A DNA stretch of 64,000 nucleotides, taken from positions 23,624,001-23,688,000 of the forward strand of contig NC_087245.1 in the NCBI RefSeq assembly GCF_037042905.1. Reading direction: 5' to 3'. Each line of letters begins with the position of its first letter. Positions within the stretch are counted from its first letter, which is position 1. Positions 42,706 to 54,137 of the stretch are shown here, in pieces. Origin of the DNA: Lytechinus pictus (lineage: Eukaryota). The translations under genes were made by a program, and so were the position numbers. Below the pieces are notes generated by a model, which was not told the origin of the DNA, did not search any database, and saw only the letters and a program-made list of their open reading frames with translations.

Positions 42706-42728
42706 CATCATTGAGGTCACACTTGCAG
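42706..42728 (-). CDS. Coding exon 2/5, 23-nt microexon
   Basis: tgtcttttccag|CTGCAAGTGTGACCTCAATGATG|gtaagt. Phase 1 to 0 is exactly what is needed to join the flanking exons; encodes (A)ASVTSMM. Confidence 0.75.
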
Positions 42729-43667
42729 CTGGAAAAGACAAAAAGGAAGGAAACACTATTAAAAGTTATGACATTACAAATAGAATCTAAAATGTCTTCA
42801 TTTGATACTCCAACTACATGTATACTTAATGTAAGTTCAATCCTTTGCTGTAAGTTACCAAAGAAACATGTACATGTATCCAGAGCCTTTGTCCTTTCTT
42901 GTTATTTATTTCTTTACATGTATTAAGTGTACTGTAAACTCAACAGGCTTTAAAGTCATGGCATTTAAGAGCTCACTAAAAATGCGTAGGTTTACTCATT
43001 GGCAGATATGTAAACTTGCCTATAAAATGACACAAACTTCTATAGTTCTTGCGGAGTTGTCACACATACCGTACGGCTTGCTACAGAATTATAGAGCGGT
43101 CATGAACCAAAACATTACAAAGTCATAACATGACAATATTAATAAATAATGAAGATGGCGATGAAGAAAAGACACTGCTATACTTAATTTCACCAAAACG
43201 CTTATATGCACATCCTAGTCGGTATGCAAATAAAGGGGACTGATGATGTCATCCACTCACTATTTCTTTTGTATTGTATTATATATGGAATATTCAATTT
43301 TTCTCCTCATTCTCCTGTGAACAAAGTTTTCTTCCTCCCTGGACATGCGGAATTACCATTGTATTAATATTTTATGGTTCAGTCATGTTGGTCCTTATTC
43401 TCAAATCTGTAAAAAATTGAAATATTATATAATTCAATTTCAAACAATTAAAAACAAAAGAAATAGTGAGTGAGGGACAACATCAACTATCTCATTTGAA
43501 TGACACTGAGTCACGCATATTACTGTTTGTAAAAAAAAAGCGAAACTTTTTAAAGTCATTTTTTCTTAGTTTACATTCGGTTTAGATGAAACTTTCAACA
43601 TCCTTCTTCTTCATTGAAATCAACATTTTTCTGGGGTGGACTTGACCGTCAAACATCATTAACTTAC

Positions 43668-43911
43668 CAATAGTTGTTGTATTTGCACTTGTAATCTCAC
43701 TACTACTACTGGACTTTTTGCTTGCAACAACAGCTACGATGATGATCACTATGATAACAATTACGATTACAACTGCAATTCCGAGTCTCTTTGCGGTACA
43801 AACTGAGGATGCTCCCCTGCTTTTGCCACTTGGCTTAACAGTCACCTGACCATCTTCTCCAATAGGTGCTGTCACCTGAGCGTAGGCACCACGACCTCCT
43901 TGTCCGTCCAT
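43668..43911 (-). CDS. First coding exon (1/5): cytoplasmic tail, signal-anchor TM helix, Ser/Thr stalk
   Basis: ATG at 43911 with upstream in-frame stops. The exon begins at 43963 after ttctctttcag and the donor is TTG|gtaagt. Encodes KR-LGIAVVIVIVIIVIIIVAVVA-SKKSSSSS. Confidence 0.9.
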
Positions 43912-44593
43912 TCTTTTATTGCCGATTCTTTTCTACTACCGTATTTAAGAGACCTGGAATCACCTGAAAGAGAAAAAAAAAATGATAAACACATTTGGTT
44001 GAACATGAAACCTGATCTGTATGGGACTGTATGAGCAAACTCATCTCAGTTGCAATTCCCTCTTGGGAAACATCGTCCTTTTTAATACAGGTGACATGTG
44101 GACACATGAAGCTCAGATAATATTCTAAAAGAACATAAAATAAAATGTATAATTTTATTTTTGAATCATTAATCAAAATTCTCCTGCCCAGCCTCTGCCT
44201 TTACATGGAAATTATAGCTAGATCAAGGCTAGAAATCATTGGTACAAGGCAGTGAAATGAAGGGACCATGGTGATATTGAGGAATTAAAAACCACGATCA
44301 AGTGTTGGTTTTCAAAAATTAGATTAGATTCCCAATGAAAATGAATGGAAATAAAATGAACTTCTCATAAAAATAAAAAACATTCCTAAATTTATTGCCA
44401 ACAAGTTTTTTATTTTCTCAGTAAAATTTCATACAGGTTTGTAAAAAAAAACAAGAAATGAAACCAAGACAAAAATCTAAACTTGACCATATGAGGGACA
44501 AAGCATGAAAAGATCAGCACTACATGTATTTGATAGACAACAGTATGCACAAATATCTATTTCCGACTGTACAGTATATATAAGCCTATTCAC

Positions 44594-44957
44594 CACTGGC
44601 GTACCTAGGATTTTCCAGAAGGGGGGCAAATTTTTTGGAGGATATTTCGTCCCCGAAAAAATTTGACAAGCAAAAAAAAAGGTCTTCAAACCAAAAAAAG
44701 GATTTATTACCAGAAAAAAATTGACAAGCAAAAAAAAAAAAAAAAAAAGGTCTTCAGTTTCAAAAGAGGGGGTACACGTCTGTTTTTATCGCATTTTTAC
44801 ATTACAAATTATTAATTTGGCTTCTCAAAAGGGGGGGGGCACGTACCCTGTATCAGTTGTGACTCGTCAGGGGGGGCAGGGATACGTCCCCTGCATGAGT
44901 TGTGACTCGTCAGGGGGGCAGTCTGCCTCCCCTGCCCCCCCCTTAGGTACGCTAGTG
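44594..44957. mobile_element. hAT-like MITE
   Basis: cactggcgtaccta / taggtacgctagtg termini; 8-bp TSD ctattcac / ctgttcac (one mismatch). Confidence 0.85.
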
Positions 44958-45585
44958 CTGTTCACAGTTGTAAACTGCGCATGAGCAGTACAGGTCATTT
45001 GAGATAAACCATGGAGGTGGTTTTCATTTTCACTGACATACTGGTAGCTAGGCATTTGTGATTTGATGATTATTCATGGACAGTATTCCTTATGAAATAT
45101 TCTTTTCATCACATCCAAGCTGAAGAGAACTAACAAAGTCTTCATAATCACTGGTATTTAGCACTGGAAACAATTATAACATGTCCCAAAACTGTGAAAA
45201 GTGAAAAATATTGACATCTTTTATATTTATTTTTCAATGATTTTGATCTTGTATTACCCAATTCAGAATAATTACAATTCTATCACGTGTGACGGTATTG
45301 AGAAACGGGCACCAGCCTACAATGCCTTCCGTTCTTAGAATTGAATTGTTTTGCCAGGACAGCTTATGCAACTTCTTCATTTTAAAGGTTAGTACTCATC
45401 CAAATGAAAAATCGCACAGGTCATTTGAGAAAAAATTAATCATGAGCTATAAACCGTGAACTGACTTATGGTGGTCTCCCTTCTCACTCTTTAAGACTAA
45501 ACATGGTAAGCTGCCCCAAGTCTGCGCAGTGTCAAAACTCCAATGTATGTGCATACTGAATGATTCGAACAACAGAAGATACATG

Positions 45586-46357
45586 TATGCAGGCATGGAT
45601 GATGGACGGAGAGAAGGAGTACACAAAGGGCGGTCGTGTGAAGAAGGTAGATCCTCCAACCATCTGCGGGTGGATCGACAAGGATTGGCAGGAGCTTGAT
45701 CCGGAGATCATCAGGTGGGCATTTCTCAAATGCTGCATCTCCAATTCTCTCGATGGAACGGAGGACGACATTCTGTGGGAAGACGATCTCGGCGACGAAT
45801 CAGAAGTAGACGGTGGCCTACCCAGACATGGATGATGAGCAGCTCCGGCAAGTGTTTGAGGAAAGCTCAGAGGAAGATTTTTATGGCTTTTAGCCTGATA
45901 AACAAACGGTCTTTTTCAAGACTTCATCTTTGTTTCACTTTGTCTTTACCTCTCTCTGTCTTTATTTCTCTCATATGACATCGCCGACTTCAATAAAAAT
46001 AACATTGAAACACATATCCGCCGCGCTTGTTTACCTTCGCAGCGCTTGTTTATCTCCGTCACGCTATCTCCGCCACGCTTGTTTACCTCCGCAGCTCTCG
46101 TTTACCTCCGCACCGCTTGTTTACCTCCGCAGCGCTTGTTTACCTCCGGGAAAGATGAAATAGTAAGTTAGAAGAATTAAAGAATGCGTGTTTATTATTT
46201 CCCATTCTGCGGCGATTGTTGAACAATTTTCCAACCAAGTTTTTTGTCCGACTTCGCCGGGAATTCTGTCATGTATTTTTTTTTCAAAGATGATTCGGAA
46301 AATCGGGGGTGCGGCTTATACGCCCCCGCGGCCTTTACGCTGGGATAAAATACGGTA
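45586..46357 (+). mobile_element. 5'-truncated pogo/Tigger-like DNA transposon: transposase C-terminal remnant plus right TIR
   Basis: WMMDGEKEYTKGGRVKK...WIDKDWQEL...FLKCCISNSLDGTEDDILW resembles pogo transposase C-termini. Ends aaatacgg|ta and contains an internal gcttgtttacctcc tandem. Confidence 0.8.
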
Positions 46358-48373
46358 TACTGTATATATAGCCCCTATGGATAAATGACATTTTTTTAAT
46401 TAATAAGATTTCGCAAATATCCGTAAAACACAAAGTAGAGGAATAAGAGCAATATAGCTATATGAAACTACTTGCTATTGTGGAACTCGTATCGTCCATA
46501 CCCATGAACCACAAGACGATAAAACCTAATTTTTGGCTTAAAAAAAGGGTTTAAAAATTTGTAAATTTAGGTGAAATCACCTTTTAGCTCTACAAATACT
46601 GTTTTTTAAGTACTAACTTTAGGTAAAACAAATTGCCTCACCCCCAAAACATATGAATAGAACCAAAACCAGAGAAAAAGACCAAAAAATAAAGAAGTTG
46701 TGGCCAAAACTGTGATTTGGGGGGGTTTTGGCGGCAATTTTGGATTTTGGCCCGGCACACTTTTTTCTCGGACCCGAGACAAAAAATATTGTCATTTCAT
46801 GTTGAGATACATTACAAGAAATAAATAAAAACTGTTGCCATATTAAAATGACAAAAAAAGTAATTTTGACTCATGTATAGCCCACTCCTATTACAAGCCA
46901 AGATTTTTTTGGAGTCCATAATTAGCGAGGGTCATCTATACTCAGTCATAAGAATCTTCGGAAGTCAAAATCATAGATTTTACCCCTCATGCCCCTGGTC
47001 TAGATTTAACCCCTGGAATATTTTTTTGAGCAGCAACCTGGATCTAGATCTACTGTGTGTGCAGTTCAATAGCTGAATAGCATTAGCAGGTATCAGTATG
47101 TATCTCATGCATGCAAGTCCCCACCAGTGCTGCTCCCTTGCTGTGTAACAGTTAGACTGTATGTAGTTGTGACTTGTGGGGAGGGAGTTGGGGTCAATTT
47201 TGTCTGAATTTTGGAAATTATAATTATTTATAATCAATTTTATAGTAATGTTAAATAATAATTTTTATCTATAAATTTTACTTCAAAACGGCATTTTCTA
47301 ACATCGCTAATTGTAGCTACGTCATAACGAAGCTGTTCAAGGGTCGAGCCTATTTTGCGTTGTGTACATTTGGATCGAGGGATCTACACCGTACACACAC
47401 GAGACACAAATAAGACTGTTATCGAACAGTCTAGATTCAAGTCGCATTCAAGTCAAGGCGCATAATAGGAAATTGTACCAAAAAAATCAACAGGCATTTC
47501 ACGTATAATCGCTGATGGCGCTACATCATAAAATAACGCTGAACAGCGAAAAAAATGCGGAGCGCCTAGAACGCAACCAGCAGTACAGCTGATCGACGTA
47601 AACGACGTAAACAAGCAAGTTTATTTATAAATAAGTTCCTCACACGTATAAATATTAATGCGCTGCCGACTTCAAAACATCGCATGCGGGAGGTACCATG
47701 TCTGGTCCGAGCTCGGACCCTCGCGCGCATGCGATGTTCTGAAATCGGCAGCGAATTATTACGTGTGAGGAACTTCATGTTGGCTCTAAATCATCAATTT
47801 TGAGACTGATAGAAGCATGGAAAAGAAGTGAAACTTTGTGTAAAGTAAGAATATTAGTTGTACTTGTTTTTAAAGATCGTGATGTTGCATGAATTTTGTA
47901 TTTTCTCCCCATAAAATCCCACCTTTTGTCACTCGGAATATCCGATCGAGTTCATGGTCTCGAAGTTCGGGTAGGTGAAGCGTAGTGTAGCAGTAGTAAA
48001 GTGGAGTGGAGCCTGCACGAACTTCGCTCGAGGTACATTACTCCATGATGAAGAAGTACGATACTACGACTACGAGTCAAAATATAATAACAAACATCAT
48101 CATCATGGAGTCCTCAAGACTAATCCCGCCCCAGGCTTCATGGGGAGTAAGCCTACGTTTAGTAGAAAGACTTTTAGTACTCCCCAGTCGAGTCCCAGAA
48201 GCCTCCAGGCTAACGTTAGGTCTACACCACCCATGGGTTCATATCATCTCGCGTGCGAAGGAATATCAGTCATATGCACGCGACACACATGACAAGTCAA
48301 AAAGATAGTGGGCTTTTGCCCACATAAAATATCACCAATAATCTGGTATTTCACATTCTGCTATGACACTTAC

Positions 48374-48960
48374 CGAATCATTTTTCTTAAAAATATGTAT
48401 ATTTTCTTGATCTTTAGTGAAGATTTCACGGAGATAAAATTTGGTCAGCGTAGATATCAATTTTCGCCTAAAGAGGGCGCGCGATTTATATTCATATCAA
48501 AGACACGACAAGGGAAAGATTAGAAACCTACACTATTTTACACGCAAATCGACGCAAGGCATTACGCGAAGTCCGTGAAGTGTCCAATCTTTTCATTGTA
48601 TAGACTTTGGTATACCGTGACATTCGTTAATACTGCTTGTACTGCTGGTTTCGTTCCAGGCATGTGTATTTAAAAAAAAAAAATTATATTATTATTAGTC
48701 ATCGTTTTAAATTAATTGCAACAAAAGTGTTATCATCGCCAATAGTAATCCTGAATTATGTTTTTGAAGGTATTTTATTTATTGGTGCCCATAATTAGTA
48801 AATTAATCATAAGAATTGCGCATTCAAAGAATTTAGACACAGTCACAGTTATAAAATTACCGAGGAGCTGAATCAAGGTTGTGAAATTTATTAGCGCCAC
48901 CAACGGGCTTCCTTGTATTTCCGTAGAAGAGACAAACGAAGTCACTTGCTAGGCCGAGGT
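48374..48960. promoter_or_regulatory. Candidate promoter and non-coding first exon of the SEA gene; possibly bidirectional
   Basis: Locally CpG-rich. Minus-strand donor TCG|GTAAGT at 48374/48373, plus-strand donor GAG|GTAAGC at 48958/48959, and GCGCC(C/A)C motifs at about 48472-48480 and 48894-48901. Confidence 0.4.
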
Positions 48961-49394
48961 AAGCGAAATTTGCTCTTTTTAAATGAAATGAGTTAAATAT
49001 CATACGTAATGTATAATTTTGTTATGTATTGCTACTTTATGTACTTACCGGAAATAGCCCCGGTGCGTAGCGAGAAGGAGTTTCGGCAAATATTACTTCA
49101 GTAATGAAGCAATGTTTGCCGACTACTTCGAAATCTACGGTCAAACACGGTCCGGTGTACGAGGTTCGTATATATATACGAACCTCGTATTAGTGTGAGT
49201 GGGTCTACACTGCACTATATAGGCCTAGACCCACCCAAGGGTTCATTACATTTACATATAGTACATACATGCCGCCGCGCACAGAAAAATCAAGCCATGG
49301 CATAGAAGTCGTGTGTTGTGGACCCAAGAAGTGACTAGTGAGATCCCAGCACGCGCGACCCACTAGTTAGAAATCCACTGCCAAACGCGGTTCG

Positions 49395-49569
49395 TGTGTG
49401 TGTGTATTTGAGTTTTGTCAGACGTGTATCAATCAGATATGATTATTTACGTCTGGGACCGACCTTTAACGTCACCATCCGAAAGACGTGACCAGGGCTC
49501 GAACCTCTGCATCAATTTGTAACTTCCCCGCATAGCTTGGATTACAGGCGCACGCCACAACGCCCAGTT
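49395..49569 (-). mobile_element. Short retroposon with 7SL/Alu-like 5' head, Deu/Nin-like core and (AC)n tail
   Basis: Minus strand reads CTGGGCGTTGTGGCGTGCGCCTGTAATCCAAGCTA, then GGTTCGAGCC, then GTCTTTCGGATGGTGACGTTAAAGGTCGGTCC. Flanked by direct repeats cgcggttcg / cgtggttcg. Confidence 0.7.
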
Positions 49570-50315
49570 CGTGGTTCGAGGTTAGTATACTAATACTAAC
49601 CTCGCAATACGTGTGAGTGGGCCTAGGGCTAGACCGTACACATAATTGTGATTTCCCTGTTGCATATGTGTGCATACGCATCGCACGCACCGGTAATACA
49701 GCAGCGCCGCTTGCTCCCGAGTCCTGATCCTGTGGCTGTGAAACTTAAAAAAGGGCAAAAGTGAATGGTCCTCTTACTGACAAAAATGACAAAAGCGTTG
49801 TCAAAGTTGGGAAGTAATATATTTTTATAATGAATTTCAACTTGACTTTGCTGCTCACCTGGTTTTGGCTTTAACATTGAAGGCGGTCTCCTCCCTCTTG
49901 AGATTTTAAGGTCTTTGATTCTGTCTCTCCCTCTCTACCTGTCACGCGCGCCGCGCAACGACTCGACCGGAATTAGTCTACATAAGTTCAGCAGAAAAGG
50001 TGAAACCACAGTGACTGTATCCTGTCATCTAAAGTCTTGAGGATTTCCCGTTTAAAATTCCCTTTTTGGATACATATTAATACCTAAATTGTATTTCCCA
50101 ACATTTAAAATGAAATACTATTCCATGTAATTCAGAGACCGAATCCCCCCCCCCCCCCCCCAAAAAAAAAAAAAAATCCCAAACTCACGATATCACATAT
50201 TGACCATTTTTGTAGACTAAAGTCTTCGAGCGGCGCTGTTTATTGGGGAATCCCCTGTTTCAAAGCAGTCGATTCGGGATGGTTTCATCATCATCACAAC
50301 GGATGCGGTCTTTAC

Positions 50316-53059
50316 CTTAGGCGGATCCAGGGGGTGGGGGCGAGGGGCCCGGCCCCCCCCCCCCCCTATTGGCGAGCAAAGAAAAATTAAAAAAAAGAAA
50401 ATAAAGAAAAAAAAGGGGGGAAAGGAGGAAAAGAGAGGAGAAAAAAGAAGAGGAGGAAGACGGGTGAATAAAATAAGATGAGGGGAAGACTTGGAAAATA
50501 AAAAGAATCTTCATGTCACTTTATAAAATTTTCGCTCACGCTTCGCGCTCGCATTGCCTGTTAGGTGATTTTCATATCTTGTCCCGGGGGGGCCACTTAC
50601 ATTGACGAGTGGATACCATGCGCGACCAAAAAAACACGTAAAAAGGATGTCTTTTTCAAGATAGGGCACGTTACGTACGTAACGTGATAAGGGTGTCAAA
50701 AACACAAAAATAATGAAAAAAGGGTATCTATTTCGCTAGGAAAGCTATGTGTTTAGGGTCATATTTGGGGGAATGATAAAACAAAATTAAAATGTTTTAT
50801 AAAGGATGTCCTTTTTGCCCCAACACTACGTGTTTAGAGTCCGATTTGCGCGAGGTGTGGAAGCTGGGGCCGTACTAAACCAAATGGTGTGTAAACTGTA
50901 AAGGTAAAACCGACGACCGATGGACTCGTGACATAACAATCAAATATCGATGTACTTGTTTAGGGGTTCATTTCAGGGAATACTTGCTAAGAGTATCGTT
51001 TTGTTTCCAATACTTGTTAAGGGTAGGGTTTCAGACGCCAATACTTGTTAAGGGGTGCATTTTCAGAATTTGGAAAATACGTGTTTAGGGTGCTTTTCGA
51101 GACCCCTTGGTCGCGCATGGTATCCACTCGTCAATGGAAGTGGCCCCCCCCCCCCCGGGTATCTTGTTCAATATGGAGTTTAAATATCAAGTTTGGAAGT
51201 CAATATACAAAACATATCTCACCTCGGAAATCGAACTTTCATTATTTTGTGTTATTTACAAATTGATTTTTAGAAAGTGCTCTGTAAAAATGTCAGTTTT
51301 ATGGTCTGAACTCAGAATATTAACATTTTCCGCTCAGGCTGCGCGCTCGTAAAATTTTTGATTTATCAGGTACCTATCATTTTCGTGTATTCCATAAAGT
51401 TTTCAAAATATCCCTTTTCAGGTCTGATTTTCAAAACGTATCAGCTAGCGCTGCACGCTCGCATTTTGATTGCCGAGTTATGTATGTCTCAATATTGATT
51501 ACACAACAAACTACTTAAAATCCCCTTTTCATGACAGTTTATCATAAATTTTGGCTCGCGATTTGCGCTCGCATTAATGGTTAAAATATGTTAACTGATG
51601 CATCCTACTTATAATTACAAAAGTGCTTGAAATGTTAAGTTTTTAACGGCCATAATATCATCAGATTTCGCGCCTTCATTAGGCATTAATGAATGAGATA
51701 TTAATTTAATAATCAAATTGTCCCTTTTGTTTCATCTCGCACTTAGCAAAAGGAATAGGAAGATAGTCATCATTTTCATACACATGTCCTAAGGATGTCC
51801 CGGTCCTAAGTTAAAACTCATATAATGTGCGATCCATATCCACCTCAGAAATTTCCTACAAAGTGCTTGAAATGTAGAGCTGAAATTTACTCTTTTTTCA
51901 AATCGGAATATCAAATAGTTTAAGCTCGCGCTTCGCGTTCGCTTTGATTTTCATGATATCTAGAATGCCTAGATTCTAGGTCTAAATATGAAACACGCGC
52001 GCATGTTTATTCAGATACTCAACTTGTTCTCTATTTAAATCATTCTCCAGTTTCAGATCACAATATCAAAAATTTTCTGCTCGCACTTTGTGCTCGCATT
52101 ATTAATGTAGGAAGATCCCCTATTACTAATTCTTTTCATGATTTACAAAACACGAATAGAGTGTCCCGTTTTTAGGTCTAAATCTCGATTTTTTTTCATC
52201 AATTGCTTAGATATATACCTATCCTGTTCACGATTCAAAAAATTGATTAAAATCCTACATTCTTTATATGTAAGATTGTCAAAAATTTTCAGCTCGCGCT
52301 TCGCGCTCGCATTATTGTTTAAATATGTAAAGTCTTCATGGCTAAGTGCAAGTAGTCCTTTACAGGTACCTTTTCGATCAGTTCAAAACATATATAAACA
52401 TTTTCTGCGATCGCATTAGTAATGTAAGGAAAATCCCCACTCACTCATCATTTTCATGATTTACAAAACTTGAAGAGAGTGTCTCGTTCAGTAGGTCTAA
52501 ATCTCGAAATTTTCCTCTCGCGCTTCGCGCTCGCATCAATTGTTTAGTTATATACCTATTCTGTTTTAGTTACAAAAAGTGCTTAGAATTTCCATTCCTT
52601 AGGTAAAAATGTCAAAAATTCTGCTCGCGCTTCGCGCTCGCATTATTTGATTTTAAAAATATGTTACGTCTTCATTGCTAACTGCTAGCAGTCTTGAACA
52701 GTACCTTTTCCATCAGTTCATTTCTGCTCACCCTTCACGTTTGTTGTAATTATTCATTTGCAAAAAAAAATCTTTTTCAGGATAAAAAACATTGCCCAGA
52801 ATGTTTAAAATTTTAGGAAAAAATATTGAAAGATTTCCCCCAAAAAAATAGCTCGCGCTTCGCGCTCGCATTATATAAATAGGGATTATGATATTATATT
52901 TATTTATGTTTATTCCTAAGAATAAAGCTAAGGAGTGACTCTTAGGAATACTCCTTCAAAGAAACCAAAAATCATCTTCGAGCGGCCGATCGGGGAAAAT
53001 ATGGCTGAAATTTTTTCCAGGCCCCCCCCTCCTATTGGAGAAGGCTGGATCCGCCCCTG
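50316..53059. mobile_element. 2.7-kb non-autonomous DNA element (GGCGGATCC TIRs) with periodic GCTCGCGCTTCGCGCTCGCA motifs
   Basis: taggcggatccag ... ctggatccgcccctg; collinear with 56170-58330. Confidence 0.85.
50583..51159. mobile_element. Nested MITE with CCCGGG termini and 8-bp TSD
   Basis: About 45-bp TIRs; TSD tatcttgt at 50575-50582 and 51160-51167; the empty site is present in the paralog near 56438-56445. Confidence 0.92.
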
Positions 53060-53237
53060 TTTACGGGTGTCATCCCAGTTCCCAGTTCGTCTTTATTCAT
53101 CCATTTTGGAAATTATTTTGTTTCGTGACATACCGCGGGGACATACCGACCCCTTCGCCGCCCCCCCCCCTGGATTCGCCTATGAAAACACATGATAAAT
53201 TCCAGGTGAACATCTTTGACCCAACCCTGACAGCTCC

Positions 53238-53588
53238 CCCGTGGGGGGGGGGCAGTCAAATGTATTGCTGTGCACATGTGTGACCAAATTATTTCCAAAC
53301 ACCCCCTAAACGAGTTTTTCTCTGTGTACAAAACCCCTAAACAAGTTTTCGCGGGCTTCATTTACACATTTTGACCCCCGAACAGGTCGCCAGAATATGA
53401 CCCCTAGACAAGTTTTGTCTCGGGCCCGAGCACTTTTCAGAAACGAGGAGGGTAAGGCTCCGGGGAAAAACCTTTGGAAAAAACATACCCTAAATACGTT
53501 TGACCCCGCGATTGACTTGTATTTCAAAATCGGTGTTTTTGATACCCTTAACATGTGTACAGCAATATATTTTGACTGGCCCCCCTGG
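53238..53588. mobile_element. MITE with poly-G/poly-C TIRs
   Basis: gggcagtcaaatgtattgctgtgcacatgt / acatgtgtacagcaatatattttgactggccc. Confidence 0.75.
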
Positions 53589-53788
53589 ATTGAATGCCCC
53601 GCGCCCCCCCCCCCCCCCGTGCAATTAGGGTTAAAATACCCACACAATCGGGAAGAACCCGAATACTTTTCAGAAACGAGGAGGAAAAACAGGGCCCTGG
53701 GAACAATTTTTTCAGTGGGGGTGCTGAAATTTCTCCTCAAATGTAGGGGGGGGGGACACATTGATTATTGAGTTTTCCATTGTTGTTT

Positions 53789-53793
<5 letters not shown>

Positions 53794-53826
<33 letters not shown>
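53794..53826. repeat. (AC)n microsatellite, followed by an AT-rich inverted repeat (about 53855-53968)
   Basis: Seen directly in the sequence. Confidence 0.9.
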
Positions 53827-53829
<3 letters not shown>

Positions 53830-54137
53830 ACTGCATTTATTTCTGAGATACTACATTTATTTCTGAGAGTTTCTTTATTTTTGAGATTGTTAATTTTGGA
53901 CATTTTGGCTGCAACCAAAAGGGCAAAAATTAACAATCTCAAAAATAAAGAAACCCTCAGAAATAAATTATTTTTTTGATAACATGGGTTTGTGAACATG
54001 GTGAATGAACGCAACATCAGGGGGTTGATGTTTACCTTATGAAGTTCTTGCTTTTAAAATTTTTATTTGTTCTTATAATTAAAATCTTATTCGTTTAATT
54101 GTACCGGTTCATTCAACCAAGTTATTAATAGTAAATG

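Noticed and set aside
42706..42728. Alternative microexon frame CKCDLNDG (Cys-rich)
   Set aside because: Needs phase 2 to 1, which is incompatible with the flanking exons (phase 1 and 0).
49531..49568. Human Alu contamination or a genuine 7SL gene
   Set aside because: Similarity covers only about 36 nt and then switches to unrelated sequence; there is no Alu dimer, poly-A or SRP S domain.
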